Shown here: one piece after another, positions 1 to 9,348 of the stretch
Layout of the letters: every line of letters begins with the position of its first letter
Position numbering within the stretch: position 1 is the stretch's first letter
Source of the DNA: Chiloscyllium plagiosum
Lineage: Eukaryota
Assembly: GCF_004010195.1 (NCBI RefSeq)
Contig: NC_057718.1
Span: 45,103,717-45,123,716 of the forward strand
Length of the DNA: 20,000 nt
Direction of reading: 5' to 3'
Made by a program: the position numbers and the translations under genes
The notes under the pieces: generated by a model
Databases searched by the model: none
What the model was told of the DNA's origin: nothing
Seen by the model: only the letters and a program-made list of their open reading frames with translations

Positions 1-302
1 GTATAGCACCAGAAGGCATGATCTCAGAATAAGGGGTCACTAATTTAAGACCAAGATAAGGAGGAATTTGTTCTCTCATGGGGAAATGAATTCTGTAGAA
101 TACTTTATTGCAGAGGGCTGTAGAGGCTGTGTTATTAAGTAAATTCAAGGCTGAGTTAGATTTTTAATCAGTAAGGAAATCAAGCATTCGGGGAAAACAC
201 AGGAAAGTGGAGTTGAGGATTGTCAGAGCAGCAATGATCTCATTGAATGGTGAAGCAGACCTGATTGACTGCATGGTCTACGACTATTCCTATGTCTTAT
301 GA
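1..302 (+). mobile_element. CR1-type LINE, decayed 3' end (ORF2 C-terminus and 3' UTR); runs off the window start
   Basis: Degenerate match to the CR1 ORF2 end (GH.L.IRG..FKT..RRN.FS; FKAELD) followed by a typical 3' UTR (gatctcattgaatggtgaagcagac...tattcctatgtcttatg). It is similar to the reverse complement of the CR1 3' end at 17770-18110. Confidence 0.8.
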
Positions 303-463
303 TTTAAATTCACAGAATAGTCTGAAAAATAACTACATAGATTTGCAAAACTAAGTTGGCAGTGTCCTTTCCCCAAATTAATGGAATATTGTATTTTGAT
401 CATGCAATCATGCTATATTAAATAATAGTAAATCTAATTAAACATTTCTTTACCTCTCTATAG

Positions 464-608
464 GACAAGTTGAAAAATATCCTACAAAACCTGAGACATG
501 AGCTGCAAACAGATCTAACTGTTAGCTTCTCTGAATACAGGACAGAAGCAGAGAAAATTCTACTTCTCAGTAAAACATCTGACAGAGCACACAGAGCTGC
601 AGGAAAAC
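464..608 (+). CDS. Candidate exon of an unidentified gene, convergent with CENPF (DKLKNILQNLRHELQTDLTVSFSEYRTEAEKILLLSKTSDRAHRAAGK)
   Basis: Branch-like CTAAT at 434-438, polypyrimidine tract and TAG acceptor (AG 462-463), only one of three frames open, and a GTGAGT donor at 609. If unspliced, an in-frame TGA follows at 614-616. No homologue recognised. Confidence 0.4.
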
Positions 609-1607
609 GTGAGTGAAGCACACTGAAAGAGAACTCAGACCTGACTGACAATGAGAACATATATCCAAGAAAATGGCAAAAACAGAATGAGTTTGAAAAC
701 TTGAGGAAAAAACTCGCTATACAACTTTCTATAACAGATCAAGATTTCAAGTAACATGTTCACTCTGAAGATAAGTAGCAAGGATGTATAATATATCACC
801 TATCAAGATCACTGCGTTCATAATAGATACCCTAGATGACCAGTTCTTTTACCAGTTTCAGGAGATACCGAAGTAAAGCTTACTAAGGTCATTGAGACCT
901 ATCATTATCACTTTTCTGCCCTTTAGGTTTCAAATTTACTTGTAATTTATCAATTTCCAGTAATGAGTAGATGGTGAAACTTCCTGCTCCACTCATATAA
1001 CTCTGAAAAGATTATCTGAATGTTCTATTGAGCAATAAAAATGATTTATCTTCCAGCTACATTTCTTCCTTTTATTTGTGGAAGCAAAATTGTGAATTTG
1101 TTATAACTGAGGGACAACTTTAGCTTTATTATCTTAATACGCACTACATAATGACGCTTGCAAAAAGGATCCTAAGAAGTCTTCAATTCTTTTGATTTGT
1201 GAAGATTGTTTATTGGAGGATAGGGCTGCAAGGATGTTTTAGATTGTTGATGGCTGATATTTGCACACCAGCTTTCCCAGACCAGACAAACAAATAAATG
1301 GCTAACTTAAGCTTTGAGTAGAAACCATCTGTACCACAAGGAAGAAAGCATTTTCTCACTGCAAGACCGGTTCAAGTTGCCCATTACCTTACTAGCTGAA
1401 AGAACCTGGAAATAAACTGCTCCCTAATGAAATATGAACATACCAGCAAAGTGCCCCAAATTATGCGCACATTCATGGCAATTCATGTCCCTCACCTAGC
1501 CTCCATGATTGAGTTAAGCTTCATGTGGAGAAAGCAGAGTCTAATGATGACACAATGGGAGCAATTTTTACCTCCAACAATGTAATGTTGATTACTTGTA
1601 AATATAT

Positions 1608-1837
1608 AACATATGAACATAGGAGCAAGAATAATTTATTCAGCTCCTCTATAGAACCATGGAATCATCAAAAAGTTACAGCGCAGTAAGAATCCATTCA
1701 ACTCATCATGTCTGTGCTGGCTAAAAAATAACTTGTAAGGATGTCAACCCCTCCAATACTTGTTCTTGAATTCTGCTTATTGTACCTATTCTCACAGTCC
1801 TACTCCAACTAGAACACCTGTGTCGTCCCTTTACTTT
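1608..1837 (-). mobile_element. Old CR1 fragments (3' ends and ORF2 remnant), left flank of the large Penelope-like insertion
   Basis: acatatgaacataggagcaaga and catggaatca...ccattcaactcatcatgtctgtgctggct resemble reverse-complemented CR1 3' tails. The sequence appears to continue at 4412 after the target-site duplication. Confidence 0.5.
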
Positions 1838-1935
1838 AGGAGAACGTGAGGCCTTCAGATGCTGGAAATCAGAGTTGAGAGTGTGGTGCTGGAAAAGCAC
1901 AGCAGGTGAGGCAGAATCCAAGGAGCAGGAGAATC

Positions 1936-1963
1936 AACGTTTCAGGCATAAGCCCTTCATCAG
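1936..1963 (-). ncRNA. Minimal hammerhead-ribozyme-like motif in the PLE 3' terminal region
   Basis: Minus strand reads CTGATGA-A-GGGC-TTAT-GCCT-GAAA-C-GTT: core CUGANGA, stem II, GAAA and an NUH triplet. Helix I is weak; activity is untested. Confidence 0.6.
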
Positions 1964-2183
1964 GAGTAAGGCTTGTGAGCCAAGGCGGGGGGGGGGAGAG
2001 ATAAATNNNNNNGGGGGGGTGAAGCTTGGGGAAGGCAGCTGAGAATGCGATAAGTAGATGAAGGTGGGGGAAAAGGTGATCGGTTGGACAGGAGGGTGGA
2101 GCGGATAAATGGGAAAGACGATGGACAGGTCAAGAGGGCCGTGCCAGGTTGGAGGTGTGGAACTGGGATAAGATGGGGGGGAG

Positions 2184-3243
2184 CAGAAATGAGGAAACTG
2201 GCAAAATCCACATTAATCCCATGTAGTTGTAGGTTCCCAAGGCAGAAGATGAGGCGTTCTTCCTCCAGGCGTAGGGCGGTGAGGGTTTGGCAATGGAGGT
2301 CCAGGACCCGCATGTCCTTGGTAGAGTGGGAGGGGGAGTTGAAGTGTTCAGCCATGGAGCAGTGGGGTTGGTTGGTGTGGGTGTCCCAGGGATGTTCTCT
2401 GATACAATCTGCAATTTGGCGTCCTGTCTCCCCAATGTAGAGGAGACCACATCGGGTGCAATGGATAAGCAGTGGAGGTACAGGTAAATTTTTGTCAGTT
2501 GTGGGAGGATCTTTTGGGGCCTTGGATGGAGGTGAGGGGGGAAGTTTGGGTACAAGTTTTGCATTTCCTGCAGTGGCAGGGGAAAATGCCAGGAGTGGGG
2601 TGAGGCCTGGTAGAGGGCATGGATCTGACAAATGAGCCGCGGAGGGAATGGTCTCTCCAAAATGCTGATAGAGGTGGGGAGGGAAATATATCCCCAGAGA
2701 TGGTGATGGAGAGCTCCATGAAGGGGAGGGAGGTGTCTGAGATGATCCAGGTGAATTTGAGGTTGGGGTGAAAGGTGTTAGTGAAGTTGATGAACTGTTC
2801 AACCTCCTTGGAGCACGAAGTAGCACAATACAGTTATCAATGTAGTGGAGGAAAAGTTGCGGGATGGTGCCGGTGTAGCTGCGGAACATAGACTGTTCCA
2901 CGTACCCAACAAAGAGGCAGGCGTAGCTGGGGCCCATGCAGCCAGGCAGATATAGGGTAGGGTACTTGTTGGGATAGTGTGACAGGAAGAAAAGGAGGGT
3001 TTGGAGGCCTTCATCATGGCGGATAGATGTGTACAGGGACTGGATATCCAGGGTGAAGATAAGGCGTAGGGGGCCGGGGAAACAAACATCTTGGAGGAAG
3101 TGAAGGACATGAATGGTGTCCCAAATGTAGGTGGCGAGTTCCTGGACTAAGGGGGAGAGGATGGCATCAAGGTATGCAGAAGTGAGTTCAGTGGAACAGG
3201 AGAAGGCCGAGACAATGGGTCAATCGGGAAAGTCGGGTTTGTG
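2184..3243 (-). pseudogene. Disrupted PLE reverse transcriptase + GIY-YIG endonuclease ORF
   Basis: Motifs in shifting frames: HKPDFPD*PIVSAFSCSTELTSAYLDAILSPLVQ, RLIFTLDIQSLYTSIRHDEG, MGPSYACLFVGYVEQ...FLHYIDNCI (decayed YIDD), PGIFPCHCRKCKTC, CTRCGLLYIGETGRQIADCIREH, EEERLIFCLG. There are stops, frameshifts and internal deletions near 2940 and 2693. Confidence 0.92.
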
Positions 3244-3249
3244 GGCCCA

Positions 3250-4080
3250 CCTCCCACCCTATCTTCTGTAAAAACGCCATCCCCTATTCCCAATTCCTCC
3301 ACCTCTGCTGCATCTGTTCCCAGGATGGCCAATTCCACCAGAGAAAATCCCAGATGGCCGCCTTCTTCAAAGATCGCAATTTCCTCTCCCAAGTGGTCAA
3401 TGATGCCCTCCAGCGCATCTTCTCCACTTTCTGCACCTCCGCCCTTGAACCTCATCCCTCCCAATGCAACAAGGAGAGAATCCCCTAGTCCTCACCTTCC
3501 ACCCCACCAACCACTTATACATCGCATTATCCTATGCCACTTCCACCACCTACAAACAGACCCCACTGCTAGGGATTTATTTCCATCCTCACCCTTATCA
3601 GTGTTTTGGACAGTCCATTCCTTCCGCGACTCACTTGTCAGATCCACGTTCCCACACAAGCCCTCAACCCACTCCCGGTACCTTTCCCTGCCACTGCAGA
3701 AAGTGCAAAACCTGCACCCACACTTCCCCCCTCATCTCCGTCCAAGGCCCCAACGGATTCTTCCATATCCAACAGAAATTTACCTGTACCTCCACTAATG
3801 TCATCTACTGGATTTGTTGCACCCGATGTGGTTTCCTCTACTTCGGGGAAACAGGACGCCAACTTGCAGATTGTTTCAGAGAACATCTCTGGGACTCCTG
3901 CACTAACCAACCCTATTGGCTGAACACTTAAACTCCCCCTCCTACCCCACCAAGGACATGCAGGTCCTGGGTCTCCTCCATTGCCAAATGACGCATGGAG
4001 GAAGAATGCTTCATCTTCCGCCTTGGGATCCTACAACCACACGGGATTAATTAGGATTTCATCAGTTTCCTCATTTCCGC
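3250..4080 (+). pseudogene. Disrupted PLE RT thumb, Cys-rich linker and GIY-YIG endonuclease
   Basis: SHPIFCKNAIPYSQFLHLCCICSQD, PLVLTFHP, PGTFPCHCRKCKTC, FTCTSTNVIYWICCTRCGFLYFGETGRQLADCFREH; multiple frameshifts. Confidence 0.92.
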
Positions 4081-4411
4081 TCCCCCAACCTTATCTCAGT
4101 CCCAAACCTCCAACTCTGCACTGCCCTCTTAACCTGTCATTGTCTTTCCCAAACATCAGCTCCACCCACCTCTCCAACCTATCACCTTCTCCCCCACCTT
4201 CATCTACCTATCGCATTCTCAGCTACCTTCCCCCAAGCCCCATCCCCTCCCATTTATCTCTCAGCCACGCCACTACCTCCTCCCCAACAGCCCACAAGCT
4301 TCATGCCTGATGAAGGGCTTACGCTCAAAATATCAATTCTCCTGTTCCTCGGATGCTGCTTGACCTGCTGTACTTTTCCAGCACCACACTCTCAACTCAT
4401 CCCTTTCCTTT

Positions 4412-5120
4412 CCAAAAGAGATAAAGCATTCATTAAGAATTGCGACCACATCTTCTTCATCCATGCAGAAATTACGTATTCAGTACATCTTTGATCAGCC
4501 CAATCTTTCCTTAGTCATCCCCTTGCTCTTAATACACTGAAAAAGCATCTTGATGTTTTCCTTGATTTTACCTGCCTATGTTTTCCATATCCTCTCTCTG
4601 CTTTCCTAATTTCCTGTACTTTCTATACTCCTAAAGGCTTTTAACAGTATTAAGCTTTCTGCTCATTCATTTTCAGCTTTATCTTACCTGTTATTTTTGT
4701 GTATGTTTAACCAGAAGGATCTAGATTTGGAGGTACCTTTTTTTTCTTTCTGGAGAAATATTTGTGCTGTATCTGTAGAATCACACTTTTGAATGTCTGC
4801 CACTAATTTGTCACTGCTTTTCCTTCAATCAGCTGTATCCAGTCCATCTCAGCTTCATAAGGTTTGTCTTACCCAATGCAGAATGTTGTCTTACCCAATG
4901 TTGTATCTTTGCACTTTTCCACAATGATGCTAAATCTGTCTGTCTGATGGTTACTCTATCCAAAATGGTCACCCACTGCAACTTCATTCCCTAAGACTAA
5001 ATCCAGAATTGTGCACCCTCTCATTGGGCTTGTTATGGCCGAGCTAAAAAAAATTCTCTTTAATACTGTTCAAGAATCTCATGTCCTGTGTGCCTTTCAC
5101 ACTGATCATGTCCTAGTTGA
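4412..5120 (-). mobile_element. Old CR1 ORF2 remnant (APE endonuclease C-terminal part and linker)
   Basis: Minus strand at ~5035-4915 translates to SPMRGCTILDLVLGNEVAVGDHFG*SNH (LDL and SDH-type motifs of the LINE endonuclease). 4412-4640 resembles the CR1 region at 19450-19700. Confidence 0.7.
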
Positions 5121-5273
5121 TCTTCAGTGATCTTATATATAAAGTGCCAATGTGGCATTTGTAACACAAATGATGCCATGTATTTTTTTCAGCTTTTTCT
5201 ATACATTTTATCTTCATACTCCCTTGAACAAGCATTGTTTTGCTTTGTATTTGCATGTAATCATTTTGTTTAT

Positions 5274-5378
5274 ATTACCACAGTGACTATATTTAAATAC
5301 TCAATAGCATTATGACAGTGACTAAATTTAAATACTCAATAGCATTACGACAGTGACTATATTTAAATGCTCAATAGC
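5274..5378 (+). repeat. 35-bp tandem repeat x3, within a probable decayed L2/DeuSINE-type 3' tail (~5265-5425)
   Basis: cagtgacta(t/a)atttaaat(a/g)ctcaatagc recurs at 5281, 5316 and 5351 (period 35, no unique spacers). It is followed by ataaagtgctttgagac...gtgct, resembling a recalled L2-like tail. Confidence 0.85.
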
Positions 5379-5844
5379 CATAAAGTGCTTTGAGACTTCT
5401 AGTGGTCATATAAAGTAAGTGCTGTGAGTGTAATGTAATTGATGAGCAGTTAAGCAGGCTTGAAGTGGTCTATTCTGATTTTCTCCATTCAAATTGGCAG
5501 AAATTGCTCTCCACAACTGAAGTACTGTGATCAGGTTAATTGTCAAGTGCTATGTTATTGGTATGAAAGAATAGAAAATGCAGATTTTAGTATTTGAGAC
5601 TATAGAAGAATTAAAATTCTCTTTCCTGACGCAAATGTTGAGGTGGGGAAATAATTAATTGGACTGGAGAGTGTATTCTATAGGACTATGCAGCCTTTCT
5701 GACTCTAAGTCCAGTGCAAAAAAGTATGGATAGACTTCATACTCTAATGTCAACTGAGCCCCTTAAGAAAGCAATTAATACCTCCAGCTATTTGAAATAA
5801 TATTTAGAGGTAATTGTTTCAGCATTTCTTTACAGGATAAAAGC

Positions 5845-6180
5845 AGCATTTAATGTAGGTATTTATTGCTAATTCCTAACTACCCTTGACAAGATAGTAG
5901 TAGTGAGCTACATACTTGATCAACTTAAGTCTATGAGATGATGGCATTCCCATAGTATTATTAGGTAAGGCGTATCAAGATTTTGACCCAGCAATGATAA
6001 AGGAAAGCTGACAAAGTACCAATTATGTGTAAGTCCAAAGAGAAGCTCCCACACACCTACAGCCCTGGTACTTTTAGATGGTAGAAGTTGAGGATTTCAA
6101 AGTTACTGTGAAAGAAAACTTGGTGAGTTGCTGCAGTGCAAGTTTAAGTTGATTGATGGCGTACCAATCAAGTTATAAAA
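5845..6180 (-). mobile_element. Decayed LINE (CR1/L2 group) 3' end
   Basis: Reverse complement resembles the repeat at 10850-11182 (e.g. tcaagattttgacccagca vs ttggtcaaaatcctggaa; ggtgagttgctgcagtgca vs tgcactgcagaaattcacc) and the tail at 9575-9605. Confidence 0.7.
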
Positions 6181-6183
6181 TAG

Positions 6184-6790
6184 GTGATGATGCTGCTCCT
6201 TTAACAAGGTTGTCTTTTCTTTTCCCCCAAGAGGGATCATAAAGGCAGAGGTGCAGATATGTCTGAACTGGCTACTTTAATAATGACTAACAGATACTGC
6301 GAAAATCAACAATCAGAGGAGACCTTTAGGGTTTGTTTTTAAAACACATACAATGAAAGGGGAGTAGCCAGTTCTGGATTTGTTTAGTTTTAGCTGGGGA
6401 CCCAGAGAAGCTGCTGGGGCAAAAATAAAGGTTCTATGTTTCAGTCAATGATTTCTCTCTGGAATCTCTCTCTCTTCTAACAACTTGTGTTTGAATTAAC
6501 CTTTTTGCCAAGGGGTATGTTTATGCAGGAAATGGGAAGTTTTTTTGTTAAGTTAGATCATGTTGGTCGGGTTTTCATATAGTTGTTTTTTTTTTAAATT
6601 CTGTTTTCTTTTGCTTGTGTTTCATTTGGTAGTCTGTAAATAAATTTTGGTTTTTTTTAAAAAAGGAGTGATTTAACCAGCTGCACCATTCCTGGAATAT
6701 CCACACTGCACCTGCTTAAAACAACTAGAAAATTTAAGGTCTGGACTAAATACTTGAAATGTTTCGAGGGGGTTTGGCCTGGTCCATATT
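6184..6790 (+). mobile_element. Probable decayed solo LTR interrupting the LINE
   Basis: About 600 bp of non-coding insert between collinear LINE pieces. It has an AATAAA near 6639 and degenerate ends (gtgatgatg.../...ggtccatatt). No clean TG..CA termini or TSD were seen. Confidence 0.4.
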
Positions 6791-6812
6791 GTAAACACAG
6801 AGGATCTGAAAT

Positions 6813-6973
6813 AAAGTGCTGGAAAATCTCAGCAGGTTTGGCTGCATCTGTGGAGAAAAATACAGAGCTAATCTTTCAAATCCAATAACTCACCTTAAAA
6901 GCATTGGACTTGAAACACTCCACAAATGCTGCCACACCTGCTAGATTTTCCAACATTTTCTGTGTTTTTTTTT
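6813..6973. mobile_element. Old palindromic repeat related to PLE termini (distinct subfamily)
   Basis: aaagtgctggaaaatctcagcaggtttggctgcatctgtggag is inversely repeated as ctccacaaatgctgccacacctgctagattttccaacatttt. It shares the gctggaaaa..cagcaggt..ggcagcatc motif with the younger PLE palindromes. Confidence 0.7.
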
Positions 6974-6999
6974 CCAATCAAGCAATTTACTTTGTTGTG

Positions 7000-7320
7000 A
7001 ATAGCGCTGTTGGGAGTTATATTATCTGAGCAAAAGGTATTCCTTTTGGTATTCCAAAAGATACACCTCAAATCTGTATCCTGCAGATAGTGGGAAATCT
7101 GGGAAGAGTCAGGAGGTGAGTTATTTATTGCAGAACATCCAGCCTCTAACCTGCTATTGCAGTAACAATGATTTTGAACCTGATGCAATTAAGTTCCTGG
7201 TCATGGTCACCATCCATCACCAAGGATGTTGATACCATTGAGTGTCAAGGGTGTGATTAGACGGTTTTGTTGGAAATGGTCATTGCTTAATAGCTTTGTA
7301 GTAAGCACATTACCTGTTTA
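7000..7320 (-). mobile_element. Continuation of the decayed LINE ORF2 interrupted at ~6180
   Basis: gagtcaggaggtgagtta...cagcctctaacctgct...ggatgttgat...ccattgagtgtcaaggg...tgttggaaatggtcattgc matches recalled antisense RT C-terminal sequence of the same shark LINE family. Confidence 0.6.
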
Positions 7321-7722
7321 TGACATGGACTCTGCAGAGTTAACTGAGCTGGATGTGCCTTTGTGTCTGCTACCTTTATTGATGCAAGGTGGTCCACCTA
7401 GTTTCATGATATTTTATAGCAGCAATTTGATACAACTGAATATCTCAGTAGGACCAATGCCCAAAGTCGTCTTCCAGATTTTTGGATTAATAATCCAGTA
7501 ATATAATTTATTTGCTATCACATGGTTGGTATTACTATTATGAAAAATTGAAACTAAAGCTTATTTAAAATCAGTCACAAATATAATTGAAATTTAATTA
7601 ATTTTAATTAATTTCTGTACAATTGTATACAAAATACTGGAAAAGACATAACAAGCACATAGGTATTACATTCCTATTCTGTAATGAGTAAAATATTACA
7701 ATTTTTTTTTAAAAAGCACAAG

Positions 7723-7728
7723 TTTATT
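7723..7728 (-). terminator. Candidate CENPF polyadenylation signal (AATAAA); another at 7507-7512
   Basis: tttatt on the + strand, ~600 nt downstream of the stop, at the end of an AT-rich stretch with no recognisable repeats. Confidence 0.4.
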
Positions 7729-8328
7729 TGTCTTTTACAAATAAAACCAATCATAGTACATTAATATTTTCTCATGTACTGAATAAAGGCTGTTACTGGT
7801 TATGAAACCTTACCCTACAAACACAGACTGGAAGCTCAGAACACAAAATTAGGCCTATGAAAAAACTGACTTGTTACAAAATCACAGCACATTTAAAGAT
7901 TTTTCTGAATTATTCAAATTAGTGGCTTCTGGGATGACCGAATAAGGTCCCCAACTCAAAAAAGTAACTTACGAGACACTAGGGAGCTGCCAATATTTTA
8001 CAGAAAATTGAAGTCAGGATTAATAGAATAGTTTAGAAAAGAAATAATGTACAAAAGTGTCAGTTTCCTGCAAACAGTAATCTTAATTATTTTGTAATAT
8101 TACTAAGCTGCATCTTTACAGAGGAAATTTTACTGCTTTAAATCTGTTTTATATGAGATAGTTGGCATTATTACTGGAAACATACAATCATTTACTCTCT
8201 GTAAATCACTGTACTTTGTGCACTTTAATCAGCTTTGGTATTTCCATTTTGTACCTCCAGAACAACTGCAGAAGATTTTATAACAGAGTTCACCTGCTAG
8301 TACTGTCCTATTTCTACTATGTTTTTGT

Positions 8329-8559
8329 TCACTGTACTTTGCAATTTTCATTTTCTTCACTCAGAGTAATCTGTTTGGTGGAATGTTTCTTTTGTTCCAT
8401 AAATTTCTGTGTATTCATTGGGCACCTACTTTTTTCTGATCGCTTCCCATCATTAGTAATAAAGCCCATTTTCTTTGCACTGTTTGTTAATGATGATAGA
8501 GGTGGCTCTGCCATAACTGGTACTGAATCCAGATGCAATGCTGGAAATTCAGCTGATTG
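8329..8559 (-). CDS. CENPF: Centromere protein F, last coding exon (QSAEFPALHLDS...EENENCKVQ*)
   Basis: Acceptor gtgttttttag, phase 0, 231 nt including TGA. It ends in ENCKVQ, the CENP-F farnesylation CAAX box. Confidence 0.93.
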   Translation of the reverse strand, partial: QSAEFPALHLDSVPVMAEPPLSSLTNSAKKMGFITNDGKRSEKSRCPMNTQKFMEQKKHSTKQITLSEENENCKVQ

Positions 8560-8857
8560 CTAAAAAACACAATAAAGATAGATGTCAAAACACAAAATTA
8601 TATCATATGATATGAGCAAATATCATCAATCATTTTCTATTTATTATGAGGGAATGCAATCAAACAGGTGAAATATGAATAGGAAACTGCAGTCCAACAG
8701 ACAGGAGAAAATTCCATATCAACATTTGCTTTTGTGGCTGTGCTATACACTAAAGGAGCTAATTATCTGGAAGTATACTTTTAAGAAAAGCTTTTGACAT
8801 GATTTTTTTTGTAAACACTCTGCAACAAGGCTCTCATATTCTAGTCATGTCACTAGT

Positions 8858-8990
8858 CTGGAAAAACACAGCAGGTCAGGCAGCATCCGAGGAACATGAT
8901 GTTGCAGCACAGCTCCTCGGATGCTGACTTACCTGCTGTGCTTTTCCAGCACTACACTCTTGACTCTGATCTCTCGTCCTGACTTTCTCC
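8858..8990. mobile_element. Short palindromic PLE-terminus insertion, tail on the right
   Basis: Arm 8858-8893 is inversely repeated at 8914-8949 around a 20-nt unrelated spacer. The right side continues into a partly deleted tail (ctctgatctc...gtcctgactttctcc). It is too truncated to include the hammerhead core. Confidence 0.8.
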
Positions 8991-9046
8991 TTCACATTAC
9001 AAGAACAACATAACCATACAGCTAGCAGACACAGGGACCTGACAAA

Positions 9047-9348
9047 GACGCAGCACAGTGGCTCAGTGGTTTGCACTGCAGCCTCACAGCACCAGGATTC
9101 CAGGTTCGATTCCAGCCTTGGGTGACTGTGTGTGGAGTTTGCACATTCTCCCCGTGTCTGCATGGGTTTCCTCCGGGTGCTTAGATTTCCTCCCACAGTT
9201 CAAAAATGTGCAAGTCAGGTGAATTGGCCATGCTAAATTGCCCGTAGTGTTAGTCAGAGGGAAATGGGTCTGGGTGGTTACTCTTCGGAGGGTCGGTGTG
9301 GACTGGTTGGGCCGAAGGGCCTGTATCCACACTGTAGGGGATCTAATC
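9047..9348 (+). mobile_element. HE1-like V-SINE (tRNA-derived)
   Basis: A box TGGCTCAGTGG 9059-9069, B box GGTTCGATTCC 9103-9113, V domain tgtggagtttgcacattctccccgtgtctgc.tgggtttcctccggg, and a CR1-type tail gggccgaagggcctgt.tccacactgta. Confidence 0.92.

Larger units (their letters stand above)
1838..4398. mobile_element. Penelope-like retroelement (probably Neptune-type): two 5'-truncated copies in inverted arrangement, 3' ends facing outward, junction at ~3244-3250
   Basis: Minus arm 1838-~3244 and plus arm ~3250-4398 both carry a C-terminal Cys linker, GIY-YIG endonuclease and the same 3' UTR. Imperfect 15-bp TSD: tcgtccctttacttt (1823-1837) / tcatccctttccttt (4397-4411). A 6-N assembly gap lies at 2007-2012. 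Confidence 0.92.

Noticed and set aside
1960..2937. 325-aa ORF as a functional protein
   Set aside because: It is a mosaic of in-frame and out-of-frame PLE segments caused by frameshifts and deletions. The catalytic YIDD is decayed to YIDN and the ORF spans an N gap.
5274..5378. CRISPR-like array (35-bp period)
   Set aside because: Units are contiguous with no unique spacers, the context is eukaryotic, and there are no cas genes.
8162..8563. Hydrophobic + strand ORFs (also 11869-12072, 15423-15836)
   Set aside because: These are antisense shadows of Lys/Glu-rich CENPF exons and AT-rich UTR or intron.
9047..9120. tRNA gene
   Set aside because: The A/B boxes are the head of an HE1-like SINE and continue into the V domain and LINE tail.
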